NCBI GenBank assembly: GCA_016219105.1
Contig: JACRCI010000115.1
Coordinates: 1-55,128, forward strand
DNA length: 55,128 nucleotides
Origin: Deltaproteobacteria bacterium
GTDB lineage: Bacteria; Desulfobacterota; GWC2-55-46; DRQE01
Reading direction: 5' to 3'
Within the stretch, counting starts at the first letter, position 1. Every line of letters starts with the position of its first letter. A program made the position numbers and the translations under genes. Positions 20,742 to 29,157 of this stretch are shown here, one piece after another. Below the pieces are notes generated by a model. That model did no database searches. It worked only from the letters and a program-made list of their open reading frames with translations, and was not told the origin of the DNA.

Positions 20742-21062
20742 CTAAAACAATCCCGGGATGTTTATCCCCAGTCCCGCGGTTACCTTGCCCATCTCCTCGT
20801 TCATCATTTCCTGCGCCCTTTTGATTGTCTCGTTTACCGCGGCTACCACCAGGTCCTCGAGCATCTCTATGTCGCCCGGGTTTACAACGGCCGGGTCTAT
20901 CTTTATTGATACGAGCCTCATATCGCCGCTGACCGAGGCCGTGACCATGCCTCCGCCCGAAGACGCCTGACACGTCCTTGAGGCAAGACCCTTCTGTATC
21001 TCCGCCATCTTCTCCTGCATCTTCTGAGCCTGTTTCATTATGTTCCCGATGTTCCTGGACAT
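20742..21062 (-). CDS. ybaB: YbaB/EbfC nucleoid-associated protein
   Basis: 106 aa, MKQAQKMQEKM... pattern, conserved position between dnaX and recR. Confidence 0.9.
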   Translation of the reverse strand: MSRNIGNIMKQAQKMQEKMAEIQKGLASRTCQASSGGGMVTASVSGDMRLVSIKIDPAVVNPGDIEMLEDLVVAAVNETIKRAQEMMNEEMGKVTAGLGINIPGLF

Positions 21063-22807
21063 TACTCCCTCCTGCGTTCTTCTATGACCCTTCCCCCAAG
21101 CGTGCCGAGCGTCTCTTTCAAGAGCGGATCCGCGGCCTGCGGCTTGCCGGCCGAAGGGCCGGTTTGTTGAGCATTTACCCCCGCGTCTTTACTCTCCCCG
21201 CTCTTTATAATCTCAACCGTAACCCGGCCCTTGAGATAATCCCCGCACATGCCCTCAATGGCCTCTTTTTTCAGTATGAAAAAGCCGGCCCTGTCGGCAG
21301 TGACCGAAATATCAACCGCGATATCTGGGGATTTACCTTTAAGGGATATGGCCGCGGACTCAAGAGATTTATAAATGCGTTTGTCCTTTTCCTTTATGTA
21401 GTTTAAAAGCCCCTGCACAACCCCGGACATGGATGACGACCGGCACTCCGCCCCTGCTGACGGTGTTTCTTCGACGGTTAAGGGAATTGCCGTCGAGGCC
21501 GGCTGGTTGGCCGTTTTATACAACTCGGCCGAAACAGCCTTATGCTGACCGGCAGGGACAACTGGCCGGCCCGATGTCTCTTTCAACCCCTCAACCTTCG
21601 AGGCCGTCGAGGTCGTCTGGTTGGCCTGCGAGGCCCTCTGGTTGGCTGTCGAAGCCGGCGGGCGGGCCGCAGGCTTTGCGTCCTCCGGATGGCTTGCCCT
21701 TAAAAGCGCCATCTCAAACGAAAATCTGGGGGTGGAAGACTTTACTACTTCCTCATACCCCCGCGTCAAAATGCTGAAAAGCCTCTCGAGCCTCTCAAGC
21801 TCGCAGCCATCCGCAAGGGCCTTGAGACGCACGGCCTCGCTTTCCGGCAGGTCTACAAGGGACAGATCCCCCGAAACCTTTATGACCGCGATGTCCCTTA
21901 TATGCTCCAGAAGCTCGACAGTCGCCCTCTTTAAATCATAACCGAAATTATGCATCTTTTCAACCATATTCAGGCACTCTCCGGCGTCTTTTTTAAGCAC
22001 GGCGCTCGTAAGGTCATAGACGACCGACCTGTCCATCAGCCCGAGCGCGTCGCTTACGTCAGAGGCCTTAACCCCGGCGCCTCCTCCGGCGAAGCCGGCT
22101 GGTTGGCCGGCGAGGCTGGTCGGTTGGAATGACACGACCTGCTCAAGCAGGCTCTGCGCGTCCCTCAGGCTGCCCTCGGACTCCCTCGTTATAAGATACA
22201 GTGCCTCCTCCTCTATCTTGATCCCTTCCTTTTCGGCTATAAGGGAGAGATGGGCGTGTATCTTCTTTAAAGGTATGCGTCTGAAATCAAACCTCTGGCA
22301 CCGCGAGTGTATCGTGAGCGGGATTTTATGAGGCTCGGTTGTGGCGAATATGAATACGACGTGCGGCGGCGGTTCCTCGAGGGTCTTCAGGAGCGCGTTG
22401 AACGCGGAATCCGAAAGCATGTGGACTTCGTCTATGATGTAAACCTTGTAGCGGCAAAAACTCGGGGCGTATCTGACGCTCTCGCGCAGTTCCCTTATGT
22501 TGTCAACGCTGGTGTTCGAGGCGCCGTCTATCTCGAGGACGTCAACTGCCGAGCCGGCGGCGACCGAGGCGCACATCTCGCAACTGTTGCACGGGGCCGG
22601 GGTGGGGCCGGCCTTGCAATTGAGGCACTTGGCGAGTATCCTGGCCACGGTGGTCTTTCCCACCCCCCTCGGCCCCGAAAAAAGATAGGCGTGCCCTATC
22701 CTGCCGGATGCGACGGCGTTGGTAAGCGTCCTTACCACATGGTCCTGGCCAACGACCTCTTCAAAAAGGCCGGGCCTCCATTTTCTGGCTATTACCTGAT
22801 AAGACAT
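21062..22807 (-). CDS. dnaX: DNA polymerase III subunit gamma/tau
   Basis: YQVIARKWRP, GPRGVGKTT Walker A, zinc module CNSCEMC and SRCQRFDF sensor motif. The repeat-rich linker lies after domain III. Confidence 0.93.
   Translation of the reverse strand: MSYQVIARKWRPGLFEEVVGQDHVVRTLTNAVASGRIGHAYLFSGPRGVGKTTVARILAKCLNCKAGPTPAPCNSCEMCASVAAGSAVDVLEIDGASNTSVDNIRELRESVRYAPSFCRYKVYIIDEVHMLSDSAFNALLKTLEEPPPHVVFIFATTEPHKIPLTIHSRCQRFDFRRIPLKKIHAHLSLIAEKEGIKIEEEALYLITRESEGSLRDAQSLLEQVVSFQPTSLAGQPAGFAGGGAGVKASDVSDALGLMDRSVVYDLTSAVLKKDAGECLNMVEKMHNFGYDLKRATVELLEHIRDIAVIKVSGDLSLVDLPESEAVRLKALADGCELERLERLFSILTRGYEEVVKSSTPRFSFEMALLRASHPEDAKPAARPPASTANQRASQANQTTSTASKVEGLKETSGRPVVPAGQHKAVSAELYKTANQPASTAIPLTVEETPSAGAECRSSSMSGVVQGLLNYIKEKDKRIYKSLESAAISLKGKSPDIAVDISVTADRAGFFILKKEAIEGMCGDYLKGRVTVEIIKSGESKDAGVNAQQTGPSAGKPQAADPLLKETLGTLGGRVIEERRRE
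21490..21512 (+). repeat. dispersed repeat copy (dnaX linker)
   Basis: CCGTCGAGGCCGGCTGGTTGGCC, translated on the minus strand as ANQPASTA. Confidence 0.85.
21604..21668 (+). repeat. dispersed repeat, three 21-bp tandem units (dnaX linker)
   Basis: CGAGGTCGTCTGGTTGGCCTG / CGAGGCCCTCTGGTTGGCTGT / CGAAGCCGGCGGGCGGGCCGC, translated as PPASTANQRASQANQTTSTA. Confidence 0.8.
22090..22127 (+). repeat. dispersed repeat, two units (dnaX, between domains)
   Basis: CGAAGCCGGCTGGTTGGCCGG / CGAGGCTGGTCGGTTGG, translated in a different frame as SLAGQPAGFA. Confidence 0.75.
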
Positions 22808-22857
22808 AATCAAGGGGCCGGATTGTCGGCCGGTGAAGCCGGAGGACGGCTAACTGA

Positions 22858-22992
22858 CCGGCGATTACAGGCGCTGTTGATAGCCAGGCGCCCCCGCGGC
22901 ACATGGATAAAGACGCTTACCGCTGCTTCCTTCCGGACCTGACGGGGTTCGCATCCCTCCATTGCGCGGGACCCGGCTATCAACATCGCCGG
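22858..22992 (-). ncRNA. ffs: signal recognition particle RNA (4.5S/ffs-type)
   Basis: The minus strand contains GTCAGGTCCGGAAGGAAGCAGC (conserved domain IV motif). It is flanked by a long closing helix (GTTGATAGCC...GGCTATCAAC and CCGGCGAT...ATCGCCGG) and sits in the classic position upstream of dnaX. The ends are approximate. Confidence 0.8.
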
Positions 22993-23020
22993 CAATCCCT
23001 GCATGCCTTACAGTAAAATC

Positions 23021-23112
23021 TGGCGGAGAGAGAGGGATTCGAACCCTCGGTGCACTGTTACATGCACATATGCTTTCCAGGCATACCCCTTCGGCCACTC
23101 GGGCATCTCTCC
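23021..23112 (-). tRNA. tRNA-Ser (anticodon GGA)
   Basis: GGAGAGATGCCCGAGTGG...CTGGAAA anticodon loop, long variable arm, GGTTCGAATCC T-loop and encoded CCA. Confidence 0.9.
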
Positions 23113-23123
23113 GTGAAAAAACC

Positions 23124-23196
23124 GTGAATAGAGAATGGTGAATCGAGAATAGAAAAATGTAAAGACATTTTTCACAATTCACCATTCACTATTCAC
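23124..23196 (-). repeat. AT-rich ~35-bp imperfect hairpin built from four copies of a 14-mer (GTGAATNGNGAATN), followed by T6
   Basis: Left arm GTGAATAGAGAATGGTGAATCGAGAA pairs with right arm TTCACAATTCACCATTCACTATTCAC. There is an inner AAATGT/ACATTT stem. On the minus strand it is followed by GGTTTTTTCAC and then the tRNA 5' end. Confidence 0.7.
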
Positions 23197-23202
23197 TGTA
23201 TC

Positions 23203-23298
<96 letters not shown>

Positions 23299-23466
23299 GG
23301 GAATAAAAAAGACCGTGCCATCCGCCGCGAATGAAATCCTCGCGGCGCGCGGTCACGGATATCGGTCTTCCGTGCGTATGGCGCGACGCCGGACGCCACA
23401 AAAAATCCCGCCGTATAGCCATGCGGTTTTACGGCCGTAAAACCCCGGCTCACGCTGCAGGGCCGC

Positions 23467-24081
23467 CTACTTGCCAACGGGCGTAAGCAATGCCAGCGTG
23501 AACCTTTCGTTACTGTAAGAGTTGAATGTGGGGAACTTTTTGAAAACCCATCCCCTGGCCACGACCTTATCCCCCTTGGAAAGCTCCACGAGCACCGCCG
23601 GGTTATTGGGTTCAGCGCTCTTCGACTCGATGGCATTCTCCATCATCGTATAGTCCGGGACAAACGCCTCGACCTTGACCGCGTATCCCGTATCCTTAAG
23701 GGGGGTCTTTACGCCCACGCTGACCTTTACCACGTCCTTTGTCCTAGCGGTACTGTCGGCGACCTCGATGTCAACGACTTTCCATTTAGCCTTTATCGCC
23801 TCTGAAATCCTGACGGGTTTCTCGGCCTTGCCTTTAACGCCCTTGGGATGCTCGACCGGCATCTCCCTCTGCTGCGGCATATCGCCTATGGACGGATGCC
23901 CCTGTGGCAGCGCGCCGGCGCCTCCGGCCTGCATCTGCGGGGCCTGCTGCTGTGGCTCGACCATGGTCTGCTGGACCTCTTTTTTCTCCTCTACGGGCTT
24001 TTTGGCCTCTTCCTTTTTGCCGCATGCGCCCAAAAAGACCGCTGCTACGACCGCTAATATGAAAAGCCTCCTTGCGAGCAT
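23467..24081 (-). CDS. lipoprotein of unknown function
   Basis: Signal peptide with lipobox (VFLGAC), a Lys/Glu/Gln-rich linker, then a ~120-aa C-terminal domain. No family was recognised. Confidence 0.6.
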   Translation of the reverse strand: MLARRLFILAVVAAVFLGACGKKEEAKKPVEEKKEVQQTMVEPQQQAPQMQAGGAGALPQGHPSIGDMPQQREMPVEHPKGVKGKAEKPVRISEAIKAKWKVVDIEVADSTARTKDVVKVSVGVKTPLKDTGYAVKVEAFVPDYTMMENAIESKSAEPNNPAVLVELSKGDKVVARGWVFKKFPTFNSYSNERFTLALLTPVGK

Positions 24082-24118
24082 TTTATCCTTTTACCTCCAT
24101 GTATTTTTTGGTCGGAAT

Positions 24119-24146
24119 ATCATACCACCTGCAGCGGCCTTTTGAA
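24119..24146 (-). promoter_or_regulatory. candidate sigma-70 promoter for the lipoprotein gene
   Basis: Minus strand reads TTCAAA-N16-TATGAT with a TG extension (TGGTATGAT), about 35 nt upstream of a GGAGGT RBS and ATG 24081. Confidence 0.45.
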
Positions 24147-24153
24147 AGCATTT

Positions 24154-25743
24154 TTAAAGGGTTGCTGAAAAATGACCGGCCCCCTCTTGCCGTGCGCCTC
24201 TTAAAGGCGTCTGCCTCTCAACCGCCGATTGCGCGCGCTTTGCCGACTTGACCCACCCCTCCTCGAACTGGTCGTAGGAGAGGTATATTGAAGACGACAT
24301 GGCCCTGTCAATTGAATTCCCCTCCCCTATGGCCTGAAGCACCTTCTTTACCGAGAAAATGCCGAATTCCCGGATAAGGTATTCGGTCGCGGAGAGGCTC
24401 AGCGCATAGGCCGCCCCGGCCTCGGACGGGGTAAGCCCCATGAACGAGCCTTCGATGGCCTTAAGGGAGACGCCTCTAAAAATGGCGGTCTTTAAAACAT
24501 CCCTGTAGTCGTCGCCCTTTTTGCCCTCAAAGTACTGGGCGAGCCCCTCGTTGAGCCACACCGGCGCCATGCCCATCGAAAGCCTGTGCACGACCGCGTG
24601 CGTGTACTCATGGAGGATGACGTCCTCAAGCAGTTTCGTCCTTCCCGCCACGCCTCCGGCCGGTATCTTTATGCGGCCGTCATATATCGCGCCGGCCCAC
24701 GACGGGGTCCTGGTAACGTCCCTGAACCTCTCGTCAGAATAAAGGAGCGCGGTTATTTTGTCCCCGGGATAAAAACCCATCTCGGCGCCTATCCTGTAAT
24801 AGGCCTCTTCGAGAAGCAACCCCATGAGATGTCCGGTTACGGCGTTCTCGCCGCCCTCAAACTTGACTATGAAATGGCTCCCCCTTTTCTCCCTCATGCC
24901 GGCTTCTTCCCTGCCCTGCCTCCGGATGTCGCCGAGGGCCGCCTTTATGCCGGCATCGGACGGATCTATGGCGAGCGCCTTTTCAAAATACCCGGCGGCA
25001 AGCTCGCTTAAGCCCCGTTCCTTTTCTTCCTGACCGAGCCGCGCGTATATTCCTTTAAGCAATCCGGCAGCCTCCCTGTCGGATGCGGCCATGCCTTCGA
25101 GCGTTTTTGCCGCCGCGGCAAGCTCGTTGAGCTCGATTGCCGAATAGGCCGCGCCCTTTAGAAAAGCCGGGTCGTCTTTAAGCTCAAAGGCCTCCAGGAA
25201 AAGCCCCTTTGCCCTGTGAAAGGAACGGCTTTCAAACTCCTTCCACCCGAGTGCGAAAAGGCTCTGGGCGAGGTTGTTCTTAAACACGTCGTCTTCACGG
25301 CTATCCCGCCGGCCCTCCGGCGGACGCTCCTGAAGCGCCCTTCTGAAAAGAACCGCGGCCCTCTCGTAATCCCCTCCCATGAAAGCGTTATACCCCTCTT
25401 TAGCGGCCTGAGGGCCGGCCTCAACAACGGGCACAATTAAGCGCGGTTTATCCAACGGCCCGCCAGCCGTCCCTGACGGCCCACCAGCCGTCCCTGACGG
25501 TTGAATGACCTCTACTTTCTCGCCTCCGGACCCGGAGGGCGAAACAGGCCTATGGCGAAGGTAATAATAGACCGCGGCCGCTATAACGGCTATGGAGACG
25601 ACAACGATTATCGTGAGGAAGAATTTTCCGCGGTTTTTTTCCGGGGACCGGGCGGGCCTGGACTTCATCGTGGGGTTAGTGCCGCACCGCGGGCAATGCT
25701 CGGCCCAGTCTGAAATGCCCGCCCCGCAATTTTTGCAACGCAT
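24154..25743 (-). CDS. membrane-anchored Zn-ribbon / TPR / peptidase MA-like (HExxH) protein
   Basis: N-terminal CKNCG..CPRCG zinc ribbon, one TM helix, TPR-like repeats, and ILHEYTHAVVH plus WLNEGLAQYFE motifs of MA-clan zincins. Confidence 0.65.
   Translation of the reverse strand: MRCKNCGAGISDWAEHCPRCGTNPTMKSRPARSPEKNRGKFFLTIIVVVSIAVIAAAVYYYLRHRPVSPSGSGGEKVEVIQPSGTAGGPSGTAGGPLDKPRLIVPVVEAGPQAAKEGYNAFMGGDYERAAVLFRRALQERPPEGRRDSREDDVFKNNLAQSLFALGWKEFESRSFHRAKGLFLEAFELKDDPAFLKGAAYSAIELNELAAAAKTLEGMAASDREAAGLLKGIYARLGQEEKERGLSELAAGYFEKALAIDPSDAGIKAALGDIRRQGREEAGMREKRGSHFIVKFEGGENAVTGHLMGLLLEEAYYRIGAEMGFYPGDKITALLYSDERFRDVTRTPSWAGAIYDGRIKIPAGGVAGRTKLLEDVILHEYTHAVVHRLSMGMAPVWLNEGLAQYFEGKKGDDYRDVLKTAIFRGVSLKAIEGSFMGLTPSEAGAAYALSLSATEYLIREFGIFSVKKVLQAIGEGNSIDRAMSSSIYLSYDQFEEGWVKSAKRAQSAVERQTPLRGARQEGAGHFSATL
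25457..25500 (-). repeat. dispersed repeat, two 21-bp tandem units (in the Zn-ribbon peptidase gene)
   Basis: Plus strand reads GGCCCGCCAGCCGTCCCTGAC / GGCCCACCAGCCGTCCCTGACGG, translated as SGTAGGPSGTAGGP. Confidence 0.8.
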
Positions 25744-26456
25744 CAGGGCCTCTTACGCATCTTTACCGCGCCGAGTATTAGGTTGGCGACGACCGAGATG
25801 AAATATATCTCGTCTTCCTTGAACTCGCGCAAAACTATCGTCTGGGCGTTAAGCACCCCGAACGGCTCATCGCCGGAAAATATCGGGTAGGAATACATGG
25901 TCTTTATCCTGTACTGCTCTTCCTTGATTTCGGGAAAGAACCTGTACCTCGGGTCGCGAGAGATGTCCTGGACGAGTATTGGCTTGCGTGCGGCCACCGC
26001 TGAGCCGGTAACGCCCTCGCCCATCTTGAGTTTCGCCTTGCCGACGGCGCTCTGCGAAAGCCCGTATGTGGCCCTCAATATGAGATCCGCGCCGTCCCAG
26101 AGGTATATGGAACATATATCCACCCCGAGTCTCTTGGCCGTCCTCTCAACCACCGTCTTCAACACCTCGCATAGGTCGTAGTCGCTCGAGGCGAGCATGC
26201 TTATCTCCTCGAGCGTTATTATCTCCATCCTCTCGCGGTCCGCTCTCTGGAGTTCAAAGTAGAATTGCCCTGTGTTGTCGAATTTAAGCGGGGTGAGGCT
26301 TTCTCTTGAATAGTGGGGGTTGATAGCCTTACTCATCGCCGGGGCGGGCTTGTACTCGGAAAAACCGCACTTGCAGGTGAACTTTATCTTGTAATCGTCT
26401 ATGCGCACGGAACTCATCTTCTTTCCGCACTTCCTGCACCTTATCACAGGCTCCAT
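25743..26456 (-). CDS. Zn-ribbon plus GAF domain protein
   Basis: N-terminal CRKCGKK...CKCG ribbon and a C-terminal GAF-like fold pattern (ICSIYLWD..., GEGVTGSAV...). The stop overlaps the start of the downstream peptidase gene (TGATG). Confidence 0.62.
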   Translation of the reverse strand: MEPVIRCRKCGKKMSSVRIDDYKIKFTCKCGFSEYKPAPAMSKAINPHYSRESLTPLKFDNTGQFYFELQRADRERMEIITLEEISMLASSDYDLCEVLKTVVERTAKRLGVDICSIYLWDGADLILRATYGLSQSAVGKAKLKMGEGVTGSAVAARKPILVQDISRDPRYRFFPEIKEEQYRIKTMYSYPIFSGDEPFGVLNAQTIVLREFKEDEIYFISVVANLILGAVKMRKRP

Positions 26457-26459
26457 CTT

Positions 26460-26640
26460 TTACCTCGCAATGCTTTTGTCTTCCGCCGGGGACGGAGTGC
26501 CGGCCGTCGTGGACGGCTGGTTGGCCGCCGGGGACGGCAGCGTAATCCTCGCCACCTCTCCGACCTTTCCGACCGGGCCAACGCTCTGGCCGTTTAGCTT
26601 AAGCTCCACGGCGCCGGCGTTCCCTATGGTCAAAAAAAAA
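26460..26640 (-). pseudogene. rodZ: C-terminal (DUF4115-like) segment of RodZ in a shifted frame
   Basis: The translation FFLTIGNAGAVELKLNGQSVGPVGK continues the beta-rich RodZ C-domain that starts in the upstream ORF (LDIYAKGTTWIKAEIDG...ISWKAGEVFF). The two frames join only if the T9 run were T10. Confidence 0.6.
26504..26526 (+). repeat. dispersed repeat copy (rodZ 3' part)
   Basis: CCGTCGTGGACGGCTGGTTGGCC flanked by GCCGGGGACGG on both sides, translated as AANQPSTT. Confidence 0.8.
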
Positions 26641-27394
26641 CCTCGCCGGCCTTCCAGCTTATGCGGTCGCCCTTGCGCAATAAAACCTCGGTACGCTCTT
26701 TCCCGTCTATCTCGGCCTTTATCCATGTGGTGCCCTTTGCGTATATATCGAGCGAGAGTTTTTTTGCCGTCTTTTCCCCGGGCAGGCCCGGCAAGGTCTT
26801 TTCAAGGACCTTGCCGTCAAGGACGGCTGATTGGCCGGAGAGGGTTCTGTCAGCGGTCTTAAGAGGGGCATTGGAAGATGTGTCTTTACCTGTCTCTGTC
26901 CTCGGTTTTGCCGATTCGGACGGTATGGCCGGGGTAAGCCCGGCCGGCGAAACCGTTTCACGGGCCGTCCTCCCGGAAATGATGAAATACAGGGCTATTA
27001 TGAAAATCCCGGACAGGACAAGCGACAGGACTATCGCCTTATTGGGCCTCGTCCACATGGCCGGCTCATCCGCCTTCTCTATCAAAAGGGAGGACGGTTT
27101 TTTATCCCTTTCTTTTTCCTTATCCTTATCCCTATCCTTATCCTTATCCTTCTTCGCCTCTTCTTTAAGATACGCCTCGAACCTCAAGAGCGCGTCGTTC
27201 TCGTCCAGCCCGAGATACCCGCAATACGACCTTATAAAACCCCTCACGTAGGTAGGGTGGGGAAGCCGGCCATACGCGTCTTTCTCCAGCGCCTCGATGG
27301 TCTTCATCGAGAGTTTCAGCACGCCGCTTATCTCTTCGATGGACACCCCCCTGAGTTCGCGTTCCCTGCGCAGGTATTCGCCTGGATTCTCCAT
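26630..27394 (-). CDS. rodZ: RodZ-like cytoskeleton protein (HTH plus TM plus start of the periplasmic domain), ORF as read
   Basis: GEYLRRERELRGVSIEEISGVLKLSMKTIEALE HTH_25 motif, YVRGFIRSY motif and one TM helix. It ends at a TGA created inside a T9 run. Confidence 0.8.
   Translation of the reverse strand: MENPGEYLRRERELRGVSIEEISGVLKLSMKTIEALEKDAYGRLPHPTYVRGFIRSYCGYLGLDENDALLRFEAYLKEEAKKDKDKDRDKDKEKERDKKPSSLLIEKADEPAMWTRPNKAIVLSLVLSGIFIIALYFIISGRTARETVSPAGLTPAIPSESAKPRTETGKDTSSNAPLKTADRTLSGQSAVLDGKVLEKTLPGLPGEKTAKKLSLDIYAKGTTWIKAEIDGKERTEVLLRKGDRISWKAGEVFF
26814..26836 (+). repeat. dispersed repeat copy, diverged (rodZ periplasmic linker)
   Basis: CCGTCAAGGACGGCTGATTGGCC, translated as GQSAVLDG. 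Confidence 0.65.
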
Positions 27395-27409
27395 GCTTGA
27401 AAAATTACC

Positions 27410-28159
27410 CTATTTTAGGAGATCAACGTATTCCCTGGCGCTCTTCGCCTTATCGCTTTCCGGCGCCAGTTCGATTACCCTGGTAAAGGCCTTCAACGCC
27501 TCTTTCCTGTCCTTCTTGCGTATAAGAACGGTGCCGAGGTTGTAATACGCGTTTGTATAGAGAGGCTCTATTGAGACGGCCTTCCTGTAAGCCTCCACGG
27601 CCTCGTCCAGCCTGTTTATCCTGTCGTAGGACTGGCCGAGGTTATTGTATGCGGCCGCGTATTGAGGGTCTATCTCCACGGTCTTTTTAAAGCTCTCGGC
27701 GGCCCTGGCGAAATCCCCCTTGCCGTAGTACGCCGCGCCCAGGTTGTAATGCGCTATATCGGGTGTTCTGTAAAAGATATTGGCGAGCGCGGCGTTGAAA
27801 TGAAGTATGGCCGTATCCCAGTCCCTGAGCTCCAGATACACCACCCCGAGGTTTACGTGGGCCTCCGCGTAATCAGGTTTCAGCTCGACCGCCTTTTTAA
27901 GATGCGTTCCGGCCTCCGGCAGCATCCCCTTCGCGAAATACGTCATGCCCAGAAGATGCCGGGAGGCCGGGTCGTCAGGATATATCTCAACCGCCCTGGT
28001 AAGTTCGGCCAGCGCCGAGGAGTAGTTTCTCTCGGCGAAGAACACCTCTCCCATCCTGTAATGGATGGAGGCGTCCTCTTTTTTCCTCTCCGGCGCGGCC
28101 ACGCATGAGGTGAACGCGAAGAGAACCGCAACCACCATGGCGGCCCTGAGTATCCTCAT
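27410..28159 (-). CDS. TPR-repeat lipoprotein, PilW/PilF-like
   Basis: Signal peptide with lipobox (FAFTSC) and 5-6 TPR units. It occupies the pilW position of the conserved ndk-rlmN-pilW-rodZ neighbourhood. ATG 28159 follows a GGAGGG RBS. Confidence 0.6.
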   Translation of the reverse strand: MRILRAAMVVAVLFAFTSCVAAPERKKEDASIHYRMGEVFFAERNYSSALAELTRAVEIYPDDPASRHLLGMTYFAKGMLPEAGTHLKKAVELKPDYAEAHVNLGVVYLELRDWDTAILHFNAALANIFYRTPDIAHYNLGAAYYGKGDFARAAESFKKTVEIDPQYAAAYNNLGQSYDRINRLDEAVEAYRKAVSIEPLYTNAYYNLGTVLIRKKDRKEALKAFTRVIELAPESDKAKSAREYVDLLK

Positions 28160-28216
28160 TATCTTTAGGCCCTCCGTCACCGGTCTTTCAGATATGCCGA
28201 TTGCGGCCTTACTATA

Positions 28217-29125
<909 letters not shown>

Positions 29126-29157
29126 GGTTTAACCACCGGGTGCGCGCGCCGCGCCCT

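Noticed and set aside
20719-20973. 85-residue N-terminal extension of recR in the ORF track
   Set aside because: The extension is Arg/Gly-rich and overlaps the well-supported ybaB CDS. The conserved RecR N-terminus starts at ATG 20718.
21265-21271. CTG-AAA-AAA-GAG run in dnaX as a possible gamma/tau -1 frameshift site
   Set aside because: It lies near codon 515 of 581, far downstream of the domain III boundary. It is not in the A-AAA-AAG register and has no adjacent stem-loop.
22865-23185. 106-aa minus-strand ORF and other small ORFs across 22810-23440
   Set aside because: The region is occupied by the SRP RNA and two tRNA-Ser genes, so the ORFs are translation artefacts of structured RNA genes.
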